Shown piece after piece: positions 26,312 to 41,173 of a DNA stretch of 64,000 bases. Source of the DNA: Chrysomallon squamiferum (taxonomy: Eukaryota > Animalia > Mollusca); assembly GCA_012295275.1 (NCBI GenBank), contig CM022670.1, positions 36,890,001 to 36,954,000 of the forward strand. Direction: 5' to 3'. Every line of letters starts with the position of its first letter. Within the stretch, counting starts at the first letter, position 1. The translations under genes were made by a program, and so were the position numbers. Below the pieces are notes generated by a model that searched no databases, had not been told where the DNA came from, and saw only the letters and a list, made by a program, of their open reading frames with translations.

Positions 26312-27390
26312 ATGTCCATTTACAAAATACATATAGCTTAGTATCATTACGATGAATTCGAGCCTTGTAAGAAGAGGACTTAACGATTGGGCAACCACGT
26401 CATAACGTGGACAAGACAGACTCTAGTGTCAGCAGAAATTAAACTCTTCAGAACTAGACTGCGTTTTCAGTTTTACTTTGATATATATGTGTGTACAAAA
26501 CTGTTCTGTTTATTTATTTATTATTTACTTTTCTGTCAGATTGTGTGTGCATGCCTGTGTCTCTGTTTGAACAAGGGTATGCATGCTCATACATTTATAC
26601 TAGTACATTTATTTACATATGCATTCATCATTATTAATAATTTTACTTTCTTTATTTATCTGCTTATTATTGTTATTGTTGCTGCTATTCCTGTTTTTCT
26701 TCTTCTTGATCATCACTTTCTTCTTTTTCTCCTTGATATTATTACCGAGTATTTATTTATTTATTTTTCAAATAATAATGATGATGATGACCATGATGAT
26801 GATGATAATAATAATAATAATAAAATGTTTAAATAAAAATTTAATATCTTTAAATGTTGTTTTCTATGTTGTGTGTGTGTGTGAGTGTGTGTGTGTGTAC
26901 ATTAAAGTTTATAAACAAATATTTGAATTATGTTATCGTAATCATCATTAAACCACAACAATATTTGTCAGAAATCAAAAAAATTATAATAACAATAATA
27001 ACTTTAAAAAAATATTTTCCCATCCAAAATGTGCTTACATTAAAAAAATAAAAAAAATAAAAAACAGAACTAAAAAAACAACTATGTTAAAATCTCTCTT
27101 ACTGTAACTCATCTTTCAGCGAAAAGTCATCTTGTAGGAAAATGATATATAGTTCGCCGTAGACTGATGTATTTCACGTTTATTCGAAGATAAATGGCCC
27201 AAGTATATTAAAACGCAAACAGCTGTATGAGGAGTAACTATCTTTCTGCGGCGCTGACAGTCAGTCCAGCTCGAGATGGTGATATCACACATCATGACTG
27301 ATGAGAGAGAGAGAGAGAAAAAAAAACAAGATGAAATTGGTCTCACTCAGTCTTAGATGTAAATTGTATTGCAAACCGCAGATCAACTGA

Positions 27391-27962
27391 AATGTAGGCT
27401 AATGGTAGAAGGGAGGGGGGTGGAAAGAGACAGAGTGAAAAAAGAATGAAAGAAAGAAAGAGAGAAATGAAGAAATAAAAAAAAAATTAAAATTAAAGAA
27501 CAGATCGAGAACGTAACTTCAAAAAAAAATAATAATACTTTCTCAAAACTGGGACTCTCGTTAAATCGAAATTTTCGGTCCCGATCATTTATCCCAGTCA
27601 AAGATCGAGGGATGTGATTTCATGTCTTATCACAACGTGCGTGTAAAATAACTGAGCTAACGGTAACCAAAGACAGAGAAGTTAAAGAAGGTTTTGATAC
27701 AGATTAACATTTAACTTTGGAATTTTTCTATAATCGTGACACGGTTAATATTAAATCGTTTAGAAGATCTGTAAATGACTTTTCTATAGCATTAGCTAAA
27801 CATTTCATTACTATTACGTAGAAATAGTGGTAGTAGTAATAGCAATAGGAAGTAGTAGTAATAGCAGTAGTAGTAGGAAGTAATAGTAATAGTAGTAGTC
27901 ACTATAGTAGCAGTAGTTGTAGTATCTGTAGTAGCAGTTGTAATAGTAAGTAATAATAAAAA
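27391..27962 (-). repeat. Right arm of a ~580-bp inverted duplication
   Basis: Reverse complement of 25719-26311, with a near-identical core. Confidence 0.95.
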
Positions 27963-28383
27963 TAGAAGGTGTAGTAGTATCAATGGATGGATATATATAT
28001 ATATAAATAAAAATATACACATACACACACACACACACACATACACACACACACACATATATATATATACCCATAGGTAAATATATTTTGATGTTCGTAT
28101 TTACTTTATCTTATTTATTTAATATAAGCAGGAGATACACATCATAATATAACCAAAAACATGATGCCATCTCTGCTTCACTCTATAACAGAAAATATTT
28201 GCCAATTCATTATTTTACCAATACGTCTGCTGGATGTCTGAGACACTCTGTAATATTTGATCTTCTGACCTCTGGCTGGCGAGAACATTCTACGACTCTT
28301 TTAACTTTAATCGGACATCTGCAACGAAATAGTCTCGGAACAAAACAAAAAATTGTAATGATTTACCGATACCCTCCCCGTAT

Positions 28384-29148
28384 TGATTCGAAAACAGCAA
28401 AAACATGTTAACGCAAAGAAGCACACGGTAATAAGATATTGCAACCAAAAAGAGTCCCGTATTAGTGGAATCCCGTTGTTTGTTTGTTTGTTTGTTTGTT
28501 TGTTTGTTTGCAAAAACGTCCCGAGCAAGTGCTGGTAGTTAAACTTAGTGTGTATGTGTGTTCCCCCCATAAACCAGTGCTTCTTGTTAACAGAGGAAAC
28601 TGATTTCAAACACTGCAGAAGAGACGGGGAGTCGATACAGATCATACTTTCTAACTCTGTAAAAGGTTTATCGTGTCCCGAGGTTGTGTTCTTGTCAAAG
28701 AGACCATCAAGGGGCCATAAATCGTAGAATCCGAAACGAGAAGAAGAAACTGTACTTAAGAGACAGAAATGTGTTACGAGTTTGGACGCCACAAATCAGG
28801 ATGCATTGGCCTACATTATGTGATAAATTTTAATACGTCGACTGAGGAAATTATTTCGCATTGTTCAGAAAGAAAGAAATAAGAAGAAAAAAAGAGAAAA
28901 AAAAAGAGAAGGAGTTGAACAAATTAAAAGAAGAAAATAATAAAATTTCGTTTCAGATAGAATGATTATATTGAAAGCCTAAATAATTATTGCACAGACC
29001 CAAGTAACAACATCGAATTTCAAAATTGTTTTTATTAATATTATAGCGACTATTAATTAAAAAGGTGTTCAAAAAAATACTTTTTGGTTGCAATATCTTA
29101 TTACCGTGTGCTTCTTTACGTTAACATGTTTTTGCTGTTTTCAAATCA
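28384..29148. repeat. 69-bp inverted repeat pair (28384-28452 / 29080-29148)
   Basis: 67/69 identity by manual alignment; 627-bp spacer. Confidence 0.9.
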
Positions 29149-29322
29149 TATATATATATATATATATACCAATCACATTTAAGTGGTTGTATTAAATTAC
29201 TCTATTTTATTCCTTCCTTTATAAAGGTTTGTATATTTTATTTAATGCTAAAAAAATGTTGATAATGATTACAGATTTATGTGTAAATGTTTATAATTTG
29301 AAACTGTAATATTATTGGATAC

Positions 29323-29337
29323 GAGAGAGAGAGAGAG

Positions 29338-29412
<75 letters not shown>
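29323..29412. repeat. (GA)n microsatellite
   Basis: Directly visible. Confidence 0.95.
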
Positions 29413-29416
<4 letters not shown>

Positions 29417-30077
29417 CTAGTAGGTCACAGTGTAGCTGATAATGAAAACTGATCAGTAAAACATCAGTTCAGTTCTACTTATCACTCCTATTTGCGCTGA
29501 AGATAGCAAGGGATTCTACACCGCCAAAAAATATTTTTACCGCAAACGGATTCGAACGAGCAACCCCTCTGTCTTTCTTCCGTTCACAGCGATTTCATGA
29601 GGAAAAGAAACAATCCTGTTTCCAGAAACACTGGGAGATTAGCAGTAGGTAAACAAGCTTTTTCTTCTTAGTCATTGTGCAAAAATGAGGAAGCGATAGG
29701 GTACACACATTTTTTTTTTTTTTTTTTTTTTTAAAAACGTCACTGGATGTATTATATTACAACCTTGTCCAAATTCATTCCAGGGATATCAGAACACTTC
29801 GCAAATATCTACGTGGTCAGCGTCAGTTTTGTTTCTTCTGAAAATTATGTTATCTTGTACGTGTCGTGTAATCAAATTAATGTGTTGGGTTATGACTTGT
29901 TTGTTTTAATAAATCACAAGAGAAATTTGTTTCTTTTCAGATTTATCACTCTTCATTGTCTTATCGCTTAATCCACGTCGTCATGGTTACTGTTTATTTT
30001 TGACAATTATTTCTGGAGAGTTTTAGGTCTAAGGTTAAGAAGATGCAGCATTTCTGTTCACGAACTCAGCGTAATAA

Positions 30078-30127
<50 letters not shown>

Positions 30128-30529
30128 CATCGTCATCGACATCATTATCATCATTGTTATTGTTATTATTGTTGTTTTATTTATTTATTTTTTGCAATAT
30201 GTAAATATATCAATTTAATTATATATGCCTTTAACATACATCCTAAGGATTGTTCTTTTATTTTGTTCATTTTTTATTTATTATTTTTATGATATTATTA
30301 TTATTATTATTATTATTATTAGGTGGAGTTTTTTATATATATATATATATACTATTTATATTTTTTGTTTTAGAAAATAAGTTATTTGATAATGCTGGAA
30401 TGCTGACCTCGCATGAAAATGATGTATTTAAATTTTTAAAAAGAGAACAATTCTTTTTCAGAAGTAGCTTAATTAAAAAAAATGCAAAGAAAATCAACAA
30501 CAATGAGAGTCTACCTATATGAAAAGATA

Positions 30530-30563
<34 letters not shown>

Positions 30564-31128
30564 TAAAAATAGTAATAATAATAATATGATAATATTGATG
30601 ATAATATAATAATAATAATAATAATAATAATATAATTATAGTAATAATAATAACGATGATGATGATAATAATAATAATAATGATAATGATGATGACGACG
30701 ACGGCAACAACAACAACAACAATAAAAACAACTACGAAAATGAACGAATGAAATAATAAATAAATAAATAAATAAATAGGAGAATTTTCCTTGGAAAGTA
30801 TCGAAGAATATTTTATAATTTGACTAATGATCAAGCCAACACCGAGATTTCGTCTGTTACTTAAATTACGTTAACTTAGAAAATGATTTATCATTGACAA
30901 GGATAATAACCCGCGAAATCAGTTACTGCTGTCAGCTGTAGTTTTACACTGTTGACTGTAGCTGGAAAAGTAAATAATATTTCTAATATCTGTTGTGATT
31001 TGAAACTTAGGAAATTCTTCAAACAAGCCTGTCATGGGTACAATGTTTTGGCTGAGATATATTTTATTAAGCTGACATATTATTTTATTTTCTACACTTG
31101 TATCACGTTCTTTCTGACAATGCTGATG

Positions 31129-31188
<60 letters not shown>

Positions 31189-32042
31189 TACATATAGACG
31201 TACATATATGTATACATACACACACACATACACAAATACATACAAGTAACTGAAACTGAAACAATATGGTAAATTAACTCAGTAAGTTTAAAAATGACAA
31301 ATGTGTATTTAACAAAATATGTTGTGTTTTTTTTTTTTTTTTTTTTTTTGATGTTTTTATTATTTTTTTTTAATAACAGACATGATTGTTTCTCTAATCA
31401 TTTATCATGCACCTGCAAAAACAGTGAGAGCGAGAAAGACAGAGTGAGAGAGAAAACAAAATATCGAATAGTCTGATTCAATTTATTCACGTCTGGAACA
31501 ATCACAGGCTAACGTAATTAAAAGTACAGCAAGCGGTTCTGAAACATAAGCATCAGTGTATTTTCTTTTATCGTTCACTTTAAGTAGTGGGGAAAAAAAA
31601 AATGTCTGTTAATATCCTGTTTAGTTTGACAGCCTATAATCGAGGGATACTATTTTTTATGATTATTATTATTATTATTATTTTGAAAATTTTGTTTTGA
31701 CCGTTGTGTTTTGAAACTTTACCATGTAAACTACTTACGTTATCGCATAGCTACGACTCGACTGATTTCCATTCCCACGCAGTAAACAACAGCTATTTAT
31801 AGACCGGAGTACCCGAGTTTGTTTATGTTAAGACTTTTTAATTGTTTCAAGCTATCGGGGGTTAAGAAAAGGACAAACCGTGTTTTTTTTTTTTTTTAAT
31901 ATTTCTTTACTCTCACAGATGTTTCAGCCTGAGTTTCATTAGGTTTGTCAACCTCGCACAATGGATTGAATTCATGTAATTAAATTTTCACTTTCAGATG
32001 CCAAATATTGTTTTTAGGCGCGTTTATTTTTGATTATAGTGG

Positions 32043-32046
<4 letters not shown>

Positions 32047-32108
<62 letters not shown>
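32047..32108. repeat. (GA)n microsatellite
   Basis: Directly visible. Confidence 0.95.
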
Positions 32109-32111
<3 letters not shown>

Positions 32112-33340
32112 AATTGAAGTATTAAATCAGAGTGAAATGTTTTGTTTAGTTTTCTTGTTTTATTTTTGAAGAAAATTTATGGAAATTCCTTTTTGTTTGC
32201 CAGTTTGTATTACAACGCATACCTACACATGTTTTTGTTTGTTTGGTTTTTTGTTGTTGTTTTAGAAATGAAATGGTGTTGAGTGTCACTAATTTATGTC
32301 ATATATTTAACAATAGTGTTTACGTATGTATACATATATGTATATGTGTATGTACATGCATACATACACGCATATGTACATTTTACTGTGTATAATGTAT
32401 TGCCTTTTTTTTATGGGAATACATTTACCTGTTAATTTAAAAAAAACACACACACACACACAAAAAACAAAAAAAAACAGATGACGACAATTAAGACAGT
32501 AATTTAAACTGACAAATATTCAGACAGTTAAAAATTAAATATTAAAATAAAATTCACATAACTTGTGTATTACATCTGACAGTTTGCGAAGATTAAATGG
32601 GCGAAACCTCAGTTGAAACAGATAATCCATCAACTTTTCATATTTCTGTTATAATGCGAAAATGTGTAATTTGCCCCCCCTACTGTGTCACCAAGAGCTG
32701 ATCCATTTCCCAAGTTAACGAGTGCAAACATGATCAGTAAAACCATTCGTTCGGAATCATTCGTATGTTTCCGATATAGCTGATAAAGAAAAGTAACCTC
32801 GACGGTTAATGACTTTGTTAATCAAGACTAACAGAAAGACTAAAGCGAAAAATCCTACGTACATGAACATTTTACAACATTAATTGTAACTGTTCGTTTT
32901 CTCATTTATCAGTTTTGTATATTTATTCGTGGTAAAAACCAATATGTTTTATAATTAAAAATAATAGTAGTAGTAGTAGTTGTAGTAGTAGTAATAAAAA
33001 CAACAACAACGACATCAGCAGCAGCAGCAACAACAATAGTTATCGTGTTTAGTGTGTTATGTTCTGGTCATTTCTTCTTATCGTGAAACTTTAAAATTAT
33101 TTTTTATTTATTTTATATGTATAAAATATCTTTAATAAAAATGATTCAGTAATTTATTACTTCAAACTTTGAAAAGACTCAATATATTAATTAGTTTAAA
33201 ATTTTCTAACTTAAAGTATCGCTTAAGCAAACAATAATGTTCATACCGGTTACACAGAAAAGTATGATAGGAAAGAAAATAGTATTTTAATTTTATACAT
33301 ATTTTTAAAAACAATTGCATCTATCATATTATCTATTTGA

Positions 33341-33399
<59 letters not shown>

Positions 33400-34364
33400 G
33401 ATAATGATGATGATAATAATAATAATGATAATAAGATAATGATGATAATGATAACAATAATAATAATAATAATGCACATGTAGTCGTAGTAGTAGTTGTA
33501 GTAATAATAACAACAACAACAACACCATTGAAAGACTCCCTGTGTTGTATATTAAGCATTTTAGCTACACGCAGTTATAAAGTCATAATAATTATAAGCA
33601 CAGTTTGTTTACTGTCATAGGAGAGAATAAAAAGAGTCATAAAGGTAACACAATACATTAGTTATAACACTGCTCCACCCAAAAAAACTGAAGGTAAACA
33701 CAGAAAACAAACTACAAACGGATTATCTGCACGATTTATTGTTGGATTTTCTCTCGCGTCATAATTTTCTTGTGATGTTCTTGTCATTTCAAGTGTCCTG
33801 TGCTAGTAAAAAAAAAAAAAAATAATAATAATAATAATAAATAAATAAATAAATAAATAAGTAAGTAAAAAAATTAATAATAATAAAATAATAATAATGA
33901 AAAAAAAAATTGACAAAATAAAGAAAGAATTAAAAAATAATAAAAATAAATAAACAACAAACAAATAAAATTAAACTTTCAATTATTAATTCAAGTATAT
34001 ATATGCGTGAATATAAAGTTTCTAAGCTGACTTAAACTGTTTCTAATCAACGATGCAGTATTTCATAGGGGTGATACCGTATACATTAGTTGGCTTTTTG
34101 TTCAGTTTTGTGCAGGATGCTATGTTAACCGTCTATTTGTCAGTCTAAAAACAATTACCCCCAAACGTTCATAAAATGTACTCCTACTTCCCTTCTCTTA
34201 TTGAGAGCTGAACAGTGGAATATACACAGAAAAATATTCAGGTCATTTATTTTTTCCCCATCGAATTCGTCTTTAGAAGGTGTGTTTTTTTTTTATAATA
34301 GTTATAATAATTTCCTCATTTTCCCATACCCCAAACCCGTATTCTTTAGCAGGGAGTTAAACAT

Positions 34365-34366
<2 letters not shown>

Positions 34367-34427
<61 letters not shown>
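34367..34427. repeat. (CA)n microsatellite
   Basis: Directly visible. Confidence 0.95.
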
Positions 34428-34431
<4 letters not shown>

Positions 34432-35236
34432 GTAAGCTTGTCATCGTTCTCTCCGACAATAAACGATGACTGGAGAAGTTTGAAGACGGGATAAAACTGG
34501 TTTAGTAGAACAAAGAACAAAAAGTGTAACTGAAGACACGACTTCTGTATTATAGTTTCAAAAAATAACGCAAACAGGATAGACCCGCAAAAAAAAAAAA
34601 AAAAAAAAACGAACGAGAGAAGCGTTGGTTTAAAATTACAAAGATCATTAATTTACGACGACATCAGAAATATGATACTGCACTGACAATATGTAAATAC
34701 CAATGAAAGGTCTCGCAGTGCTACGAAATTAATTATTCCGGCGTTGGGGCCTTATCAACAGTGCCTGAAGTTAATGTTCATTTCCGTGGTGACGGTGGTA
34801 CGGCTAATGATGTCGGTATATTACCAGAGAGCAGCCGATAAACGGGATTTCGGCTAATTAACTCCGAGGCATATGTCCAAGAAAAACTCATTTAACTTTG
34901 TATTTCTTTGGTTTGTCAGAATGAAATGTTTATGTCCAGCAACATATCAGTTTTATGCGTCCTATCCATGCCGTTTTGAAAGAAGCAGAAACAGGTTGCA
35001 AGTAATAGAAACGTCCTTTTTTCGACTGGTTGGTGCTGTAAACAGACGAACTTTGTGGGTCTGAAAAAGGCCGAATTAATAAAGAAAAAAAAAAACTTTA
35101 TAACTTCATAAAGTTAAATCCACTACTTTGTGAAAATTTAATAAAATATTTTTAGTAAAAAAGTAAAAAACAAATTATAGATTAAAGCTATAACTGCATA
35201 TATATAATTTTTTTATATATCTATATATTATTATTA

Positions 35237-35277
<41 letters not shown>

Positions 35278-36116
35278 TCATATAATTTTCGTTTCCAAAA
35301 CTTGTAAAGAAAACATCCTTTGCTTTGTTATTATTTTAATAACCTATTTATATACATAACCAATTTTAAATATCGCGTGAAAAAGATATATTAGAATTTA
35401 AAAATATCTTTATCTTTATTTTTATTTAGTTTATACAAAACAGTCGTCTTAATAAAATGTATCCGCGGCGTTTCGACATTCGATCATTTTAGAGGAGTTT
35501 ATTTTTTAATCTCATAAAGAAGATAAAAATGAAATATAAAAGTTAAGTTATCTTTATGTTGCTATAATTTTACATATGTTTATAACGTAATCATAAACAA
35601 TTTGTTTGTATTACTCAGTACATCACCTTTTTTGTTGTAGCTTTATTTTTTTTATATTTTAAAATGTTTTTTCTTGTTTTGATTTTCCTTCCATTTTTAT
35701 TTTTTTATTTTTTTTTTTTTTTTTAGTTTGACGAAGAAGAATTTAGTCCCGCCTTCTGGGAATCTTTTACATATATTGATATTTACTTACATTAATGTAA
35801 ATGAACTGAGAAAGTCTAATATTTCTCGTAAATATGTCTGTTAGCGCTGGAATCTGACGCCTTTGCCTCGTTAGCAAGCCTTATCGACAAGGGAGGTAAA
35901 TCATGCTGAAATTCTTGTAGATAGTGCGAAACGGTATCAAGACTGCACGCCATAACAACTGGAGTGAGATTATTTTTTGAGATTTTTGCCCAGGTCACGC
36001 GAATGAGCTGTTGATGCGTTTTGAAAACTGTAGTGATAAACAGTGATAAACCGATGTTTTACAAGCATTCCATGAGTATGTTTTAATTAGCAGATTAGGA
36101 AGGTAATACGAGATAT

Positions 36117-36148
<32 letters not shown>

Positions 36149-36493
36149 TTTTTATTTATTTATTTATTTATTTATTTATCTATTTATTTATTTGTTTATT
36201 TATTTACTTATTTGGAATTGCCGATGGTTTACGGTTTTATAACGCAAATAAATAAATAAATAAAAAAAACAATTTAATTAATTAAATAAACAGGCCTGTA
36301 TGATAACAAGCATCCATAAGATTAACTGAAAAACAAAACAAAATAAAATATATATATAAAATATGTAAATAAGTACAAAAGTACGTAAGAAATTAGATAA
36401 ATGAATATAATGAACAGAAACAAGCAAAGACATAATTCTGGTTTTACGAGTTTATGATAAAACAGACACAGAAGGACCTACTCTTCATCCTCG

Positions 36494-36543
<50 letters not shown>

Positions 36544-37540
36544 ATTATTATTATTTATTTATTTATTTATTTATAGGCATTTTTAAACAAACAAAACATC
36601 CAAACGCTAATTTATCTAAGTAATCAGACATTTCTAAGTATCTAAAACTGTTATCAGTTACCCCTGTATATACTTCGCTTTCATTCGTACAGGGGAGCCG
36701 AGTTCGCTATATTGTTATCGTACTTTTTAATTGACTTTCCGTGTACATCACTGCAGCGGAACAACGGCGTTAACTGTCCCCGTCGAAAATATTCTCCAGT
36801 CTGCAGTTCGCTCGAATCTTTAAGAAATAAATTTATTGGAAATGTCCGAAATAATTGAAGAATCTTTGGCGCCGTTTCGTATTCCAGCAGCCGATAGCAT
36901 CTCCGAGTTATCAAACGATATGAGCGTCTTCAATTAAACACTTTCTCTGTTCTATGGCGGACGGCCGAGACGAATAGAATGATTGGCTATGTTTCATTAT
37001 GAAACGCGAAACACTGTCAGACGTTGGATATCAAAGCGTTTCTGTTCGGATAAATTGCTTTTAAGATCTATTCTGCGCGATGCGTTTCGTTTTATTTTGA
37101 GTGATGATTTTGGTTGTGTCAAAAAATATGGATCGCTGCATGCCTGCCTATCCCGTGCGGGTCAAATTACGATCTATATTTTCAGAAAATCATATTATAG
37201 TTGTGGAATGTGGATGATTTTCGTTTACCTTTTTTTGACAAATAAGATTTATTTAAAAAAATGAATGAGAAGTTTAATTTTCAGCCAACAACACTTTATT
37301 AATCATCAGCCGGCAATAGCAGCTAAGGAGCGGTTCCATATTTAACAGCTAGAGGGATCTTTTTCTTCTTTCTTAAAAGGAACTTTTGTTGACATTTGTT
37401 GACGTAGATAAATAAATATTTTAAAAGTTTTAATTCACAGTTTACATGTTTATTTTTGCGAAAATGTTCGGCATAAATAATCCCCCCCAAAAAAAAAAAA
37501 TTGAAAAAAGAAATCGTGAATTTTCTACATTTTTAATTTA

Positions 37541-37588
<48 letters not shown>

Positions 37589-38052
37589 GAGGAATATATA
37601 CAATTCAGCAGAAAATAATTTTAGTTTGTTTAAATAATATTTATATTAAGAAGAAGAAAAAAAAAAGATCTAAAAATATTCGAATCTTAACTGAAGAAAT
37701 TATCATTCTATACTCTTTTTCATTTACAACCCACCAGCACGGCAGCTACTGGTCTGATACATCGGGATCGCTTATCAGTGAGAATTAATACACACAGATC
37801 CGAAACAAAAAATAAACACCAACAGAAGTGTAAATAAGCAAGACTGTACATGGAATGGCGAGACTAATCTGATGGTTTTGAAACGAAGCAGATCTGAGGT
37901 CACGCAAGTGGTTGAATTACATCGTAAATGGAAGTAAATCAAACGTTAAATTCAACAGTGCGCTTATAAATGGAACGGTTATTTAGTTAATTAAAAAAAA
38001 AAAAGAAAAAAACCCAAACAAAAAACAACAAAAAACAACAACAACAACAACA

Positions 38053-38086
<34 letters not shown>

Positions 38087-41000
38087 GCAGTATTAGTAGT
38101 AGTAGTAATAATATAATTTATATATTTGAAAGGAAAAATGGTGGTTCTTAGATAAGAAATACTAGCAGGACTTGTTGTCTCTTGTTATTTCGTCAACTGT
38201 CACTTTTACCTGTCATTATCATTAATAAAACTATGGGTGTTTCACCTCTGTGTACTGGTATGTACTGGCTATTAAATATGTCCATCTAATATTCATTTAT
38301 TTGAAGCTTACAGCAATTTATATAATTTTACAATTATTCTGTTACCATTATTATTAATAGCAATAACAACAGACTGCTGACTGTATGTATATGCAAATAT
38401 ACCTTGACGAACAAATATTAGAGATAAACAACGAAAAAGGTTCGACGTAACCAGAAATCCATCTTAAGTGAAATTTAATATTTATATATCACGACTTGCA
38501 ATCCTCCCCTACACAAGCAATACAAATAAACATTTTCTTCGATAATTTTTTGTTTAAAATATCTTCGGTTCGATGTATCAACTCAGACTTCAGAAATATT
38601 ATAAATTCTTCTCTCACAGCCTATTTGACTGTTCAGCTTATTCCTGTTCTGGTCGAGTTACGACATTAACCTGAAAAAGATTTCACTCGTTGATAAATAA
38701 ACTGCATATTAAACTCATTAAACGAAAACGTTACAAAGATGTATCACCAAAGCTTTATTTCTTTTCATGAAGAACGCTGTCTTTGAAGTGTTCATTTCAT
38801 TCGTTTTTCTTGACATATAACTGCAGTTAAAGGTGCGGGTTTTTGAGTAACTGATACGAGTGTCCAAAGGTATAATGCCAGTATTACAAGGAGGGTGAAA
38901 AACCGTGATACTTTATCTAAACATTTTCTTCCATAACTGTTCTCTTAAATCCCACCTATAAATAATGATCCTTGTGTTATAATTTTTGGAGCACCTCCTC
39001 CCACAAGATGTGGCTCTTTCATTCTGCCTGATGGGATATGAACTGAAATCGATTTCTCGTCTGCTCGCTATTTGGTCGGATCCAAATGTAAATTTTGCAT
39101 CGATTCGTATCAGTGAAGCTATCTATTGAGATTCTAAACTTTAATCAAAGTGACAAGAATTCCATAAAAATCTTGACAAGGACATTTCTTGGTGAGAATT
39201 TTGATTAAGAAGCTATGGGAAACAACAACTTATTCAAAAATGTTTGAAGTTCTTCCGCACAGGTTCAGAAGCGAATGATTCATTTCAGACGTTTCATTTT
39301 CACTTGATTTATGTATGAAAAAAAGATTTAATTTGCTTTAATATACACGAAGGGAATTACTTCAGTCAATAATCAATCGCAAGACAAGTTTCAATCTTTA
39401 TGTCGAAATGACATTATGCAAAATGATTCGATGGGTCATCTGAAGAAATAAATTGTTGTTTAACACAAGAAAACAACAATCAGTCAGTGGGGTTTATAAC
39501 AAATCGACAGAAAGACAAGCAGTGACAATAAAACAAATTATACATATATTATATTCACACTCGTAAATGCGTACGACTGTGTACATGTACAGATGTCAAC
39601 ACGCTTAATAAGTTCATTCACTGAGGCAAGAAGCGTGTTCTTGGTTTTGCATAAAAGCCTATATATAACTTATTATTATTTATTCATGTATTTTTTTTTA
39701 TCAGTTTCGAATAATAGTGGTGATTTTTAAAGCATTGCGGATAGATGTTTTATATCAGTTCTGTAAAACGAGCCATTTTCTTTCTTTGGTTTTTCTTTTC
39801 TTTTGTTTTTTATACTTTTTTTTTTCCTCAGAGGAAACTTTTTCCGCTTCAAGCATCTGATGTGTCATTGAAAAATAAATAATCATAAAACTGAAACAAG
39901 TTGTAAGATTTCGAGCCAAAACGTATAAAATAAAATGACTGTCATCTTGACAAATTACTTCTTTTTTCAAACTAAAAAAAAAAAAAAAAAAAAAAATTAA
40001 ACTCAAAACAAAAATTATCATCATCATCATTATTATTATTTCTAAATTTATATATTTATTTAACTTTTAGTAAACTGTTTTTTATTTTGTTCTTCTTCTA
40101 TTATAATTTTAACTCATACATTCTACTTTTTAAAGTTATATATATATATATATATTTGAATATGTCTTTGTAACAAATTGTCTCACTGCGTCAAAGCAAA
40201 CTGTTCAACGTGACTGTAACTCAATAACTGCGTAACGTTATTGCATTACTCATTCTATGACACACTCGACTACAGAATAACAGTGATGTTTGATGTTTAA
40301 TTAACCACTTGGTATGTGTTTGTTATACACCGTGTGAGTTGCTCGACGCTAATTTATACTGTTAGGTGCAACAAGATACACCGCAGAATACTGCTGCAGT
40401 TTAGGTCTTGTCTGTACATCGAGCTTAAGGGCGAGTCGAGGTCTGTAACAAGAATGGAGAGGAAATAAAAGAAGAATTTTTTTTTTTTTAAATTAAAAAT
40501 AAAAGAAAGAAAGAAATGGAGGTTGTAATGTTGAGTCCGTCCTATTGCAGACAATACTGTTATAATTTTTTTTTAATTATTATTTTATTTTTACGTTAGT
40601 TATTTTTTTTTTAAATATATATTTAGCATTAATGTTTCCTATTTATTGCTATTGATGTTGTTGTTGTTGTTGTTATTCTTATTTAGCTGCATAATACAAA
40701 CAAATTACTTCTATTTGTTGTTGTTGTTCTTTTTTTTTTTTGTTGTTGTTGTTTTTTTTGTTTGTTTGTTGTTTTGTTTGGGGTTTTTTTCTTTCTTTTT
40801 CGCCTTCTTTACATTCTGATGAAATAATAGCCTAATATCTGTGATTTAATCGTTCCAACAAACCTGGATGAAAATAAACAAGATTTAACACGTACGTCAT
40901 AATTTTCACATTGTCAATATACATGCCTGAAAGTGTGAGGCCTTGTTCGTGAGAAAACAATTCACACAATCTCTGTATTTATCTGAAATTCAGTTCATTG

Positions 41001-41173
41001 TGTTACTGCAAACGATATTTTTGTGTCTTAAAATAAAAAGAGTGTACACTTTAATTATTTTCATTCAGATTTTTTGCGGTGTGTGATTCGTCTTTTTTTT
41101 TTCTCTTCTGAAATCTATACTGTCTGCAGTTTCTCCCCGCAGACACAGACTTACACTCCCTCGATTAACTTAC

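Noticed and set aside
28307-28792. 161-aa minus-strand ORF
   Set aside because: GTG start, spans a (TTTG)n microsatellite and an inverted-repeat arm, no homology recognised.
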